Source of the DNA: Carcharhinus longimanus
Taxonomy: Eukaryota
Direction: 5' to 3'
Length of the DNA: 64,000 bases
Assembly: GCA_030264375.1 (NCBI GenBank)
Contig: JASCQW010000146.1
Coordinates: 30,495,152 to 30,559,151 of the forward strand
Part shown: piece by piece, positions 39,679-53,450 of the stretch
Layout: each line of letters opens with the position of its first letter
How positions within the stretch are numbered: the first letter of the stretch is position 1
Notes under the pieces: model-generated
Database searches by the model: none
What the model saw: the letters and a program-made list of their open reading frames with translations, nothing else
Told to the model about the DNA's origin: nothing
Made by a program: the position numbers and the translations under genes

Positions 39679-42600
39679 TGGAGACCAAGTGGTCATGTGA
39701 TGATGTGGCTGCAAAAAAGAGTCGGGAATGTGGGAGCTATCCCTGGGAGCTGGGGCAAACTAAAAGCATGTAGTAGCTGCTCCCCTTGTGAATAAACTGC
39801 TGTTTGTTACAAGTCCTTGGTATCAGCATTTTGGGAACCCAACACATTTTCATGGTGTCATACGTTGGTAGTATAGCACAAGGACTTCATTGCATCATCC
39901 TGCTCACCTCTAAAAACATTGCAGACAGTTGGGAAACTTTTGAAAAGGACTGGCAATGTTTATTGTGGTGCTGCATTATCTGAAAGGCAAAAAAGGCATA
40001 AGCCTACGCCTTATTAAATTTATTGGAGCCTGAGACTATTGAAAAATGAGTTGTTTGTTTTTCAAATGGAGGAGGAAAATTAGGATCTGAAATAATTCTA
40101 AAAAATGTTTGAGAGTATTTGTCTTCCAATAAAGATATAATCAATGACAAGGAGGCATTTAATTCAACAAGTGAAAGAGAAGATGAATCAATACAATTCT
40201 ATACGGTCACAATAAGAATCTTAGCAAAGACATGCCCATTTGGCACACTCACCAATGAGACAGTCAGAGATCGAATAGTCTGCAGGATCTACAGCATTCT
40301 AGTCTGCAAACAGCTGTTGCAAGAAAAAGATCTAACATTACAAATAGCAATTAGCATCTGCGTGTTAAATGAACAATCAGAAAAAAAACATCTTAGGTGG
40401 GAAACAATAGTAGTCGCAGTAGTATCTGCTCCAACTACAGTTGATATCAGTCAGAACAGAACACTTTTTTTTACATATGACAAATCTTTTCCCACATTTG
40501 GAGCAGGTGAACGGCCTCTCCCCAGTGTGGGTACGTTGGTGTGACAACACCTCACGTTTGCTTTTAAAACGTTTTTCACAATCAGAACATTTAAAAGGTC
40601 TCTGATCAGTGTGAACCAGTTTGTGTACAGTGAGGTGGCATAATCGAGAGAAATTCTTGCCACACACGGAGCAGGCGTATGGTTGTTCCCCAGTGTGAAC
40701 TCGCTGGTGTATCTTAAGATTAGATGAATTAATGAATCCCTTCCCACATATGGAGCAGGTGAACAATCTCTCCTCACTGTGAGTGTGTTTTAGTCTCAGA
40801 AGGTCAGATGAGCGAGTGAATCCCTTCCCACATATGGAGCAAGGAAATGGTTTCTCACTAGTGTGAGTGTGTTGATGATATTCCATCCGTGACTGGTACT
40901 TGAATCCCTTCCCACAGTCCTCACATTTCCATGATTTCTCCATGGTGCAGTTGTTCTTATGTCTCTCCAGGTTGGATGATTAGTTGAAGCCTTGTCCACA
41001 CATTGAACATGTGTACAGTCTCTCCACGCTGTGAATGGTGTTTTTTTTTCAGTCTGTGTAACTGGTTAAAGCTCTTTTCACACTCAGTTCACTGGAACAC
41101 TCTCACACGGGTGTGTGTGTGTGTATGTGTGTGATCTCGTTGCTTTTCCAGTAACACTGATATTTAAAATCTTCTCCTACGGACAGAACAGACAAACATT
41201 TCTTCTTCTAATACCCTCCATCTGGGGATGATCCCGGCCCTTTGCACAGAGCAGGGCCACTGCTTTCTTCCAGTTACAGACCTGGGTTAACTGCACACCC
41301 CCAATGCAACAAATGTGGAAAGTGAAATCACTTCACTAAATGCTGCAGCCTTCCTCTGACATCAGCAATACGACAGCTGGTTGGTTCCCCCATGGGTAGG
41401 AGCATCAGCAAGATGAAGGAACTGGAGCTCAGCCAAAGTAGTGAAACTACTCTATTGCGAGATTGTTGACATTGTTACACAAAAGGGTGAGATCTTCGCC
41501 ACCCACAGTATGATTTGCAGCAACCAAGACTGAAGGTAAAATTTGACACTAAAGCAAAATGTAATGCATTGGCCAATCAAATGTTACAGGATCTAGACCC
41601 ATACGCAGTACCAGACCCCAGTACCCAGGTGGACTTCTCTGTCAACTTCTCCACAGGAGATCAAATGGTGCTGGCAAAAGCTTCATACAGTGGTCTTCAA
41701 CAGACTCAAACAGGCACTCACAGCCCTACCAATGCTACAATACTTTGATGTTCGAGCATCTGTACTTATATCAGCAGATGCCACCCCGCCTGGACTTGGC
41801 AGTCCGCATCTAGAATGGCAGACCAATAGCCTTTGCTTCAAGAGCCCTCACTGTCACTGAGATTCGTTATGCACAAATTGAAAAGGAACTTCTTGCCTTA
41901 GCCTTCACCTGTCAGAAATTTCATGACTTCATATACGGTCATCCTACAACTGTTGAAACAGATAATGAGCCTATAGCCTGACTATCTTGAATAAGCATCT
42001 TCACAATGCATCTGCACAGCTGCAATGCTTGATGCTAAAGCAGCAATGATACAATCTCAGCATCGTCTATGAAGGTGTACACGACCGTTGCCCTCTTCAG
42101 AGTTGTCTTACCTATTATAGACCAGGCAGATTGTGAGAAAGGCATAGACATCATAACCTGAGGGTACTGTCCTCTAGCATGGAACTCAAAGATGTCTTCC
42201 AATCGGACATTACATACAAACAACAGAATATCATCCTGAGGGGCTGGCCAGAATCCTCAGGAGAGCTTCCCCACAACGATGAACTTACTGTACAGGATGA
42301 ATTGATACTGCATGACCAGCGATTCATCTTTTCTACTTCTTTTCAGAGGAATTAAACCCAACAACTTCATTCGAGGCACCCCAGGTTGGAATCAACCAGA
42401 TACGGGGCCAAAGAATCACTTCTGGATGGAACTGGGAAGGGAAGTTTCCAGATTTGCCCAGTGCACTCAAGCTGCTTCAGGCAAAAGAAGTGCTACGTTT
42501 ATTCGGGGTCCTGGATGTCCCAAGGTTTTTCACAGCAGCTGACATCCTCAAATGGAATGGCAAACAACACCTAGTCATAATTGATGTGTATTCCGGGTAG

Positions 42601-44156
42601 TTCGAACTTGACTACCTGCCAAACATGACGAGTAACACTGTCACCAAGCTTAAGAGATACATGCCCGACACGGCATCATGCAGAGATGACAGACAATACT
42701 TGCCAATTTGGCACCATTATATTGCAAAACTTTGCATATACATGGGATTTTGAGCAGCCCCATGTTCACAGTCAAACAGTCTGGCGCAACGGGCGGTACG
42801 CAATTTTATTTTATTAGTTCAAGGATGTGTGTGTTGCTGGATGGGCAATTTTGCCGATTAGGTTGTTTCAGAGGGGTATTTACAAGTCAACTACATTGCT
42901 GTAGATCTGGAGTCACATGTAAGCCAGACCAGGCAAGATGGCAGATTTCCTTCCCTGAAGGACATTAGTGAGACTGATGAGTTTTTAAGACAATCGACAG
43001 TTGTTTCATGGTCATAATTAGACCTTTAATTCCAGATTTTTACTGAATTCAAATTTCACCATCTGCCATGATGGGATTCGAACCCAAGTCCTCAGAGCAT
43101 TGCTCTGGATCTCTGGGTTGCTAAACCACATTACCATCATCTCCCCAAGCTTAGCTGAACATCGGCGAGAGAAATGTGCACAGGTTCGCACAGATGACAA
43201 TGCTGAACTCTTCAGGTTGTGAAATCTACCACAGCATTGTCTCTTTTCCATGTGCACCAGGACCACCACTCCTACTACTAAGGCTCTGCTGCAGTCCAAA
43301 CCTCAAACCAAAGTGAATGATGCCCTCATGTTATGCTGATTGAGAAGCAAAATAAATTAGGATTCAGATCCCCACAGCCCTTTAACATTTGTTCAGATGG
43401 TTAGGATTCAGACTGCACGTGACCATGACAACAGTTAAATGGTATCCAAAGAGGGTGCCCTCTTCATATGCAACCACTATCACCTCCTGCAAGTATTGAA
43501 ACCAGCACCAACAGGTATCACAGTACTCCAGTCATCCGGCCTATGACACATGTCCCCTACACCAGTGGACATACACAATCCTCCAGGGGTCAACCCTGTA
43601 CCCACCGAGCACACTGATGGAAAGTTCTGATTCGTCCAGAGGACACAAGACTGAGAAAGATCACAACATCACCGACTGACGTAACCACAACCTAAGAGTG
43701 CCTGGAAAAAAAATGAACACCTGGTTCCAGGACTATATTACCACCCAGTCTAGAATTTCACCTTTCTACAATGAAAAGGATGGGTGGAGGAGGCGATAAT
43801 GGAGACACGATGAGCTGTGCACCAGCTGCAACAGCTAAATCCGTGCCTCATCACATGAAAATAACTATGGATTGTTAGCCTGTTTAATTTGTATGCTACA
43901 AAACGGTCTGTACACAGTTTCTGTTCCCACACAGTGTTACATCTCATGCCACCAGTTGTCCCAGTGAAATGGGAAAGATGTAGACAATGGTCATGTGATG
44001 GTGCAGCTATAAATAAGGTTACATGTTGGGAGTGTGAGAGTTTTCCCCAGGAGCGTGGGCAGAATACAAGCATGAAGTAGCTGCTTAGCTAGTGAAGGAA
44101 GTACTGTTTGTTCTATGTCCTTGTTGTCAGTCTTTCAGGAACCCAACACATTTATA
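39679..44156 (+). mobile_element. Decayed Ty3/Gypsy LTR retrotransposon with both short LTRs
   Basis: LTRs about 39679-39852 and 43979-44156; PBS TGGTGTCA at 39853; purine tract before the 3' LTR; flanks GGAAT/GGTAT; gag VRDRIVC..LLQEKDLTL, protease-like KFDTKAKCN, RNase H YAQIEKELLALAFTCQKFHDFIYG. Confidence 0.88.
40465..41210 (-). pseudogene. C2H2 (Kruppel/XlCGF-type) zinc-finger gene fragment inserted in Gypsy gag
   Basis: ORF 40377-40943 has five fingers (one lacking a His) with HTGE(R/Q)P linkers plus a truncated sixth followed by A8; upstream fingers are frameshifted. Confidence 0.85.
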
Positions 44157-44889
44157 GGTATAGCAGCACTGAAATCAAAACAAGCTAACAATTGCATGCT
44201 CCACAATCAATCTACTGAATGAAGTTTGGAGGACACCCAACATTAGTCTGCACCCAAAAAAGTAATTTGCAAAATCCCTAGTATGGGGGATTGCTCTGTA
44301 TGGGTGTGAGAACTACATGCCTGATGAGAAAAGAATTATAACTTTTGAAAAGTGACTCTGTTGAAGGGTTCTTGAAATCAGCTGCACAGAGCGAAGAACC
44401 CATGATGAGCAAAACACTCTGGATGTTGGGGATCTGAGATAGAAAGTTCTTGAAAATCTCAGTAGGTCTGGCAGCATCAGTGGATAGAAAAATATTGAAG
44501 ATTTTGAGTGACTCTTCTGTTGCAACTATGCAAATTCAAACTTCGGGGGGCATAGGTGGGATCGGAGTCTTCCCTCGTGACACTGAAGACCTAGCATGTG
44601 TATGTGTGTCATTGGTGGGTTGACAGGTGATCTGCTCCTCAAATCCTCCCTCTCTCTTTCTATCCCCAGCAGAAGACTCATTTGAATGCATTCAGCATCC
44701 ATGAATTTGTCCAAAGGCAAATCAGTCTCAGCATCTTGAAGCCTTCTAGCTGAAGGAAAAAAGTGAAAATTGAGCAAATGTGACCACTGGAGAGGGTGCA
44801 GTGAGAGACTGGGTGTCTGTGGCAATGCAAGGTCCAACATCAGGAAAGAACAGGCCAGGTCACAGAAGGACTTACCACCAGATGTAGGA

Positions 44890-45100
44890 GCAGGTGGCAC
44901 TTTAGTTTGCACTGCTGCTTCACAGTGCCAGGGAATAAGGTTTGATTCCCAGCTCAGGTCATTATCTGTACAGGTTTCCTCCCACAGTCTGAAAAACATG
45001 CTGGTTAGATGCATTGACCTGAACAGGCGTTAGTGTGGCGACGACGGGAATTTCACAGTAACTTCAGTGTTAATGATTACTTGTGACTAATAAACTTTTA
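44890..45100 (+). mobile_element. V/HE1-like SINE, alternative tail
   Basis: GCACTGCTGCTTCACAGTGCCAGG head; TTTCACAGTAACTTCAGTGTTAAT...TAATAAA tail. Confidence 0.7.
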
Positions 45101-45582
45101 GCATAAATAGGTCATTTATCCTATTTGCCCCAACATTCAATGAGATCTGATATAATCCTCAACTCCACTTTCCCACCTTATCCCCATAACTCTTGATTCC
45201 CTACCTGATTAAAAATCTGTCTATCTCAGCCTCTACAGCCTTCTGTGGTAAAGAACTCCATATATTCACAACGTTCTGAGAGAAAAAAATTCCTCCTCAT
45301 CTCTGTCTTAGATGTGTGACCCCTCACTCTCGAGATTATGCCCTCTGGTCCTAGACTCTCCCCCAAGCAAAAACAACCTCACAGCATCTGGATGGGTGGA
45401 CAATATCAGAAACTGGACAGAGGGAGGAATGACAATGCTGAGGCCATAATCAGATCAGCCATAATCTTGTCAAATGACAGAAGAGGCTTGAGGGACCAAA
45501 TGGCCTTACCCCTGCTTCTAATTTATATGGTTGTATTTTTTCTTTAAATGCCTTGTGCTCCTCATGGACTTTGCCTAGTTAT

Positions 45583-45790
45583 GGATGGATGCTGGAAGGG
45601 AGGAATGGCTAGATGGATGGATTGGACAGACTGGATGGATGGATGGATGGATGAAGGGAGGGGTGGATGGATGATTGGAGAGATAGGATGGATGGGATGG
45701 AGAAAGGGATGAATGGATGGGATGGAGGGAGAGTTAGATGAGAGGATGAGGATGGACGGAGGATGGGGATGGAGGGAGGGATGGATGAAC
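45583..45790 (+). repeat. Imperfect (GGAT)n microsatellite
   Basis: Visible GGAT/GGAG arrays. Confidence 0.9.
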
Positions 45791-46177
45791 AAAGTACAGC
45801 ATAGGAACAGGCCCTTCAGCCCTCCAAGCCCCTGACGTCCTAGCTAGATAAAAAAAGTCCATCTGTCCTTGCTGGGTCACTATCCCTCTGTGCCCTCCCT
45901 GAAAGAGGGAGGGAGGTAGAGATGGATAGAAGGAGCTTGACCACCCTGGGACAATCCCAGTATCTGTGGCTGGCTTCAATTTNNNNNNNNNNNNNNNNNN
46001 NNNNNNNNNNNNNNNNNNNNNNNNNNNNNNNNNNNNNNNNNNNNNNNNNNNNNNNNNNNNNNNNNNNNNNNNNNNNNNNNNNNNNNNNNNNNNNNNNNNN
46101 NNNNNNNNNNNNNNNNNNNNNNNNNNNNNNNNNNNNNNNNNNNNNNNNNNNNNNNNNNNNNNNNNNNNNNNNNNNNN

Positions 46178-46800
46178 CCCGGTGCATGGGCTCGCCGCGC
46201 ACGGTAAGGGCTCAAGCGGCCTTGCGTCCCCGCCCCCTCCCAAACCACCCCCCTGGGCGCCATTATAACCCCTATCTTTTAGAGGGAACATACGAAACAA
46301 ATCTCAAAGCTAAGACATGGAAACCAGCCGTGTGGGGGGGCTGGGGGGGAGGGGGTGGAGAGCGCATTGAGGCGAGTGGTCTGCCGGGGGGAGGGAGAGA
46401 GCGGAGGGAGAGTCACTGTCAGTCTGGCAGAGAGAGAGACACACACACATGCGAGGCCTTCTGTGTGGAGGGGGGGGGGGAGGCTCCAGTCCCCATCCCC
46501 TCCCCCAAGTTTGAATCCGCCTCGTTGCATTATTTACTCCTCTATGAGTAAATAATGCTGGCTGCATCTTCTTGCACATTTAAAATCTGGACTGAGTGGC
46601 GGCATGGTGGGTGGTTGGGGGGGGGGTGTGGTGGGAGGGGAGGAGGAGGAGAGCTCAGGGTCTCCTCTGCCCCCCTTTTTAAAATTTATTTTTACAACAT
46701 CTTCTAAATGACACCAGGTGGAACTTTTGTATGTGGGGCTCTTGGATATCGCGATAGTGACTCAGTGTGGCCCATGCTAAGTGGTCCTGCTTTTGTCTTG
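46178..46800 (+). promoter_or_regulatory. CpG-rich region: probable 3' end of a first exon and start of intron 1 of a plus-strand gene
   Basis: Local CpG enrichment next to a gap; donor CACG|gtaagg at 46203/46204; G-rich sequence follows. Confidence 0.55.
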
Positions 46801-47784
46801 GGAGAGAGAGAAGGATTTATTCCTCCAGACTCCGGCACATTGTTTTGAAGCACAGGTTAGCCCATTTATTTTACAGTTGTCTTGTGATATTTGTCGAGCT
46901 GCGTGCATCTTTGGATCCAAACTTTAAAAGGATGAAAACTTTAGTCCGTTTGTCATTCATTTTTTTTAAACCAAACTTTGAATGCTTTTTTTATAAGGCA
47001 ACTGAATGCTATTGTACTTAACTTTCTGGTGTCTTAACTGTGGGACATTTATTCTCCGGTAGCAATATTCTGGGTTGGTAGTGGTCGTTTGGATAAACGC
47101 TATTGTTGCGTTTTTGGGTTTTTTTAAGAAACTGTTTCACTGTGGTTCCCCCATCCATGGACCATTTTCTCTGCTGTACCACAGCTGTACTTTTCCTGTA
47201 ATCTTCCCTTTCACAGTGGTGGAAATAAAGGATTAACAATTATGCTACGTGCATTAACCTTTTTACTGGATTAAACAGTCTTTTACTAAAGTGAATTTAC
47301 TTTCCAGAGTGGCATGTTAAAAATAGAGGATTTTGGAAATAAATTTAATATTATGTTTGTAAATGTAATTGATAATGTAGCATATGTAAAATCTAAATAT
47401 GTTTATGCAAGCGTGAATCCCAGTAGATTCATCTCAATAATTGTTTACAGTAATTATTCAGTTCACAAGTAACCAGACTTACGTATCTATTAGCCAAAAT
47501 GTAAGCAAATACACAATTATATTTATATGGTAATACATTTGAATTGATATGGTCTTTAGAAATATCTAATTGATTAAGCAATCTACGTCTAGAATCAAAA
47601 CTCCCTGTTTACAAGGAAATGAACACTTGTGATTTCTTGAGCATAAAACAGACTATTTAATATTAAATGTAGTCTACTTTAAGATTAATGGAAACTGTAT
47701 TCTATAATTTAGGTCCATATGTAAGCTTTAAATAATTTGTTCATGATAAAGAGAGAATTTAATATTGCGCCTTTCATGATCTCA

Positions 47785-48100
47785 GGGTGGCACAGTGGTT
47801 CGCACTTCTGTCTGACAACGCCATGGACCTGAGCTTGATTCCAGCCTTGGGTGACTCTGTTGAGTTTGCAAGTTCTCCCTATGCCTGCATGGGTTTCCTC
47901 CCACAATCCAAAGATGCACAGTTTAGGTGAAATGGCCATGCTAAATTACCCCTTAGTGTCCAAAGATGTGTAGGTTTGGTGAATTGATTATGGTACATGC
48001 AAGGGGTTATGGGGTGGGGGGAGCTAGGGGAAGATGTTCCTTCGGAAAGTTGGTGCACAATAGATGTTCAGAATGGCCTCCTTCTGCACTGTAGGAGTTC
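47785..48100 (+). mobile_element. HE1-like SINE
   Basis: GGTGGCACAGTGGTT head; AATGGCCTCCTTCTGCACTGTAGG tail. Confidence 0.85.
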
Positions 48101-48109
48101 TGTGTCCTC

Positions 48110-48370
48110 GAGCGCTTTACAGTCAATGACATCTTTTCTGAAGTGCTGAGAGAAATTTGGCAACCAATGTACCACATAGCAAGCTTCCATGCATAGTATG
48201 ATGATCAGTGGTGCTAATTGAGGGGTTAGTGTTGGCCAGGACACCAGGAGAGCTCCCCCTTCATCTTCCAAAAGTGTTGATGTTTCATGCTCACGTGAGA
48301 GAACAAATGGAACTTAGGCTTAACATCTGATGTGTAATGTCCACATAAACTATGCGTTCAAGTCTCTGGA
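48110..48370 (-). mobile_element. Deu-domain SINE remnant
   Basis: Reverse complement contains GGGGAGCTCTCCTGGTGTCCTGGCCAACACTAACCCCTCAA. Confidence 0.6.
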
Positions 48371-48414
48371 GTGTATGATGTCCCATATGCTTTTGAGGGG
48401 AACAAACTTTGTTT

Positions 48415-49450
48415 TGTGATGAGGTGATAGTCCCTTTAAGAATGAGATTGATCTGAAAGATTTTTTGATAAAAAGCTTGCTTCCAGTAAATGATGTTGTG
48501 ACCAAGTTGTTTGGGAGATAACCAATAGGGAAAAAGAGAGAATGTCAACCAGAAACTAATTGCAAGGCTGAGTAGGTCGAGGGTTGTAGTTCTGCGTTCA
48601 AACAGTTTGATTTTTGGTTTAAAACGAGCTGATAAGAGGAAACATCCCTTTAATACAGAGTTAAATTGAAATTCTGTATGTTGGCTAGAAGAGTTTAAAA
48701 CTCTGGTTTATTGATGGGGCACAGTGGTTAGCACTGCTACCTCTCAGCGCCAGGGACCCAGGTTCGATTCTGAACTTGGATGACTGTGCAGAGTCTGCTC
48801 GTTCTCCCTGTGTGGGTTTCCTCCATGTACTTTGTTTCCCCCTCAGTCTGAAAGACTCAAACAGCTGTCGGACTGTGGCGACTGGGGATTTTTGAAGTAA
48901 CTTTATTGCAGTGTTAATGTAAGCATGCTTGCGACACCAATAATTGAGCTTTGAAACTTGTCTCCTGATGGTGAGTTGAGATCCGAGGGATAGTGAAGCT
49001 GAGAGAGGGAATGAGCTTAGGTATAGGACTCCAGAGTTAATACTAGATCAAGGAAACCTGAGGTGGCTACACTTAAGATACTGATGATGCCTGTGTTGAA
49101 CTGGGAATCTACAACTGTGGGACAGTTGGAGTAGATTTCAAGGGGCAACCTTGCCCGAAGTGATTGGACATCCCAAAAAATCTTAGCCCTAATATGAACC
49201 TTTGAAACAGTACTCAGATAAAGTTAAGTTAGAAGTCAGTTTAAAGTACAAGCATCTATATTCATTTGCTATTAATATCTTTAACATAACTGTTTAAGAT
49301 AGTGTAATAATGGTATTCACGCTCTTTGATTTTGGTGCAGTAAAAATTATTTTGGATCAATCTGAGAAGCCTGTGGTTTAATTATTTTCGTAAATTACTA
49401 GGTTTTAGGATTCTAGAAGCAATGTTACTGATCTTGACCAAGATCATATA
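48415..49450 (+). mobile_element. Probable old solo LTR carrying a SINE (48716-48945)
   Basis: Starts TGTGATGA and ends GACCAAGATCATA; no clear TSD. Confidence 0.4.
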
Positions 49451-49759
49451 TGATTGGGTTGGAACTAAGACAGGTGTGCCACTACTAATCCTTAGTTGAC
49501 AGCTGTACTCACCTGTACACTGATCAAGAATATAAATTTGTGCTTGATATGAGAAGAAATAATTTAAAATGTGACAAGGCTATTCAATTATATTTACGAC
49601 CAGGCTGAAAATGAATGAATTCTTGGCTTTATTGAGACTGGAAAGCAAAGCAACTCACTGATTTGTAAATGACGGCCATTTGTTTGCTGTTTCATTTCTG
49701 GTCATTCCTTTCTTCCTCTTTCTGCAGTTTTAATTGTTTTATTTAATGTAATGCAGCTT

Positions 49760-50310
49760 TTAGAAATGTAGAAAATTCATGGCACTGAAAAAGCCATTTG
49801 GCCCATTGTCTCTGTGCCGGTTGAAAAAATCGCTAAGCAGCCTAATCACACTCTCCAATCACACTTCTTGGCCTGTCGCTGTAGGTGACGACTCTTGAGA
49901 TGCATATCCAAGTTTTAATTGGATGATGGTTTCTGTCTTTACCACTCTTTCACGCATTGAGTTCCATGCTCACACTGCCCTTTGAGTTAAAGGATTTCTC
50001 CTCAACTCCCCTCTACTACTATTCAACCAATTACTTTAGATTTATGATGCCTGTTTGTTGATCTCTCTGCAAAGGGAAATAGGTTGTCCTGTCCACTCTA
50101 ACAAAACACCTTGGTTTCGTACACCTCAATTAAATCTCCCCTCAGCTTCAAAATAAGAAAATCCTGGCCTAACCTTACAGCTAAAATACTCAATTCTGGG
50201 TAAAATTCTCATGAATCTCCCCTATCTTTTCTAGTGGAATCACAGCTTTATTGCAATGCAATGACCAGATTGAATGCAATATTTTAACTGTTGCTTAACT
50301 AGTATTTTAA
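49760..50310 (-). mobile_element. Old CR1 3' end
   Basis: Decayed reverse complement of the CR1 ORF2 C-terminus and tail. Confidence 0.65.
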
Positions 50311-52196
50311 TCCATAGCACTTCTTTTTTCTTCACCAAATATTTAGCTTTTTCGATTCTGGTAACTGAACACTGAAAGATGTGCTATACTTTGGAGCTTG
50401 AATTCCAGGATTGTCAGCAACCTTGGGATCCATCATAGGAGTTATTGCTTTTGTATAAGCATGGACAGACTTTTCTGCTCATCTATAAGGGCATCATGGA
50501 TAAGCACGCTTCTGCTCTCCGTTCAACATAATGAACAAAAGTGAAAGTTCTGGTTAATTATTGTTTTATAAGCCATCTTTTGGTCGGGGATGGTGTGATG
50601 GGCTGTTTGGTCATCTAGCCAAATGAGCAATGTGTGGATTAGATTAGCATGAGCAATCTCGTGTGTTAGCTGAGTTAGACTAGGGACCTGCCTCCTTGTC
50701 CTATCCATAGCAAAATCATAACTCTTCACCGTGGTTAGGCAAATGATTGCTGAGGACCTGCCTTTGGGCAGAGAACTCAAGAATAATGTATTTTTTGTAC
50801 TGGATGCTGAGGCCAATTTTAATGGCTGTAATTCTAAGGTTGGTGAAATTGATATGACTTGGATTTGGAACCATTTAATCATTGCCCTAAATCATGTGAT
50901 GCAGTGGGGAATGATGAAAGATGTGTATTCTATTCCTTGAATTAAAACAAACCAATTTTTTTTTATTTGCAAGTTTGGTACTAACTTTTGGAAATCAAAA
51001 AAAACCACCAGCGACTAACTTCCAAGGTAATACTTTACCGCTTGTATATAATCATGTAAAATGAGGGGTTTTAGGGGGTTTTGTATGAGAGCCTTGATGA
51101 CTTTCCCCTTCCTGGCCCAGGGATCCTGTGACCTATTCGTGTCAACATCCCAAGTATGATTATAGATGAGGATGGCTGTTTGCCCGATCTAATATAATCC
51201 ATATAGAAACCATGATTAAGATTCAGCAGCATCTGTGAGGTGAAATTCTCTTCCATTGCCTGACTTCCAAGATCTGGTCAACCTTTGTTTGCAGAAGTGC
51301 TTCTTGACACTGGTTGCAATTTGCCTGTTGTCATTACATTCTGGATTAATGTTTCCCAATCCTGTAGTTATCACACGTCTTTAATGTCTCTCAAATCATC
51401 CTTCAAATAGGCTGCTCTATCCAAGATTTGTAATATTTCCTCAAAATTCGGAATTGGACACTTGGGATTGGCTGTGTGGCCCTTTTCTGGACTACTTCCA
51501 GGGCTCAAGTCCTTGTCTGGATCTGTTAGCAGAGGGTAACATTCAAGCTGCAGACCAGTCAGCTTACTGTATGTAGACTGTTAGCATCGCAATCTCCTAT
51601 CAGCTTCTTTATAAGATAACCGGGGATCAACTGTGAACCTTTTGGTCTTAAACAAGGATTTACCTTTCAACTGTTGGGACATCTTGCAAACATTTCTTAG
51701 AACTAGTCCCTATTGTAATGAACTTATTGCTGTATCTCTTGCTGCAAAGTCCTAGTATTAAATATTTAATGAATTGGTGCAAAACAGAACCCCTTTATTC
51801 CTTTAAAGTAAGGTACAGCAGCTGCTCACGTCTATTAGAAAGATCTGACCCTAACTGCCCAAGGCACTGATGATCCCAGTTGCTTTTGAATCTGCTAATG
51901 GTGTGGTGCCAGAATTAAAGCACTACAACAATAAGATTGAAATAACTGTTCACTGGTTAAATAATTTTTACAACCTTACTGGTTTTGAGCTGGACTACCT
52001 ACTTGCAAATAATCACTGAGGTTTTCTCCTTGTGGCCTCTTCAATTCGATTACATGAGCTATTTACGTAAAAGTCAAAAACAGGTGCCTTTATTTCATTC
52101 AGAAATGCAGATTGTTCATTTTTATCTCAATATTCAAGAGACCACACTGTTCATCAGAATTCAATGCATTTAATCACAAATTGGAAAAACCCATGA

Positions 52197-52458
52197 CAGT
52201 GCTTCCCAAACGAGCTTTGTGTGACCCCATTTTACCACTTGAAAATTAATATGATCCCAGACATCAGCAAAAACAGAGTAGCAATAAAGCAACATAGTAA
52301 TATTCAACTGTGTAATAGATCATTTGAATATGAAAATCTGTGTTTTAAAATACTCTGTACTTGCCAAGCTATCCATAGTCCATGACCGACACTTATGACA
52401 ACAAAAGCTATTTCTGCAACCTCATTGGGGGGTGGTGACCTACAGTTTGGGAACTGCT
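52197..52458. mobile_element. hAT-Charlie-type MITE
   Basis: TIRs CAGTGCTTCCCAAAC ... GTTTGGGAACTGCT with subterminal GACCC motifs. Confidence 0.75.
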
Positions 52459-52619
52459 ACTATTTGAAATGCTTTAAAACTTATGTACTGCAGGAAAGAA
52501 TTGGGTAGTGCGGCAAATGAATATCCTTGCAACTGATTGGTGAGGTGTGGGTTCACGTTTAATTCAGACTGGGCCATGGGGCTGGTGCATAAAATTATGG
52601 ATTATTTCTAAATGGATTT

Positions 52620-53450
52620 GAACGTAGAACAGTACAGCATCGGAACAGGCCATTCGATCCACGTTGTGGCTAACATGTTGCCAAATTAAACTAATCCCTT
52701 CTGCCTGCCCTTTGTCCATATCCTTCTATTCCTTGCAAATTCAGGTGCTTATCTAAAAGTCCCTTAAATATCCCTATTGTATCTTTCTGGACCACCACCC
52801 CTAGCAGTGCGTTCGAGACACCTACTGTCCCTGTAAAGAAAATCATGCCCCTCATATCTCTTTTGAACTTCCCCCTCTCACCTTAGGTGCATGTCCCTTA
52901 GCATTAGACATTTCAGCTCTGGGGAAAAAGATTCTGACTATCAACCCTATCTATATCTCATAATTTTATAGACTTTCTATCAGGTCTCCCCTCAGCCTGC
53001 ACCGCTCCAGAGAAAACAACCCTAGTTTTTACAGCCTCTCTTCATAGCTCATACCCGCTAATCTGGGCAATTTCCTGCTAAATCTTTTCTGCAATTTCTC
53101 CAAAGCCACCACATCCTCCCAGCAATACTCAAGAGTGGCGAACCAAAGTTGTATAAAGGTGCAAGATGACACCCGGACTCCTGTACTCAATGCCCTGACC
53201 AATAAAGGAAAGCATGCCTACACCTTCTTTACCCCATTTACTTGTGTGACCACTTTCAGGAAGCTATGGACTTGAAACCCAATATCCCTCTGACCATCAG
53301 TGCTGTTCAGCATTCTGCCATTAACTGTATCCTCACCCTTAACGTTTTTTCTCCCAAAGTACAACATCTCACACTTTTGCCTGGATTAAACTCCATCTGC
53401 CATTTCTTCATCCATTTCTGCAACTGATCTATATCCTGCTGTATCTTTTG
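52620..53450 (-). mobile_element. CR1 LINE 3' part
   Basis: CQKIQQDIDQLQKWMKKWQMEFNPGK through to the tail. Confidence 0.85.
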
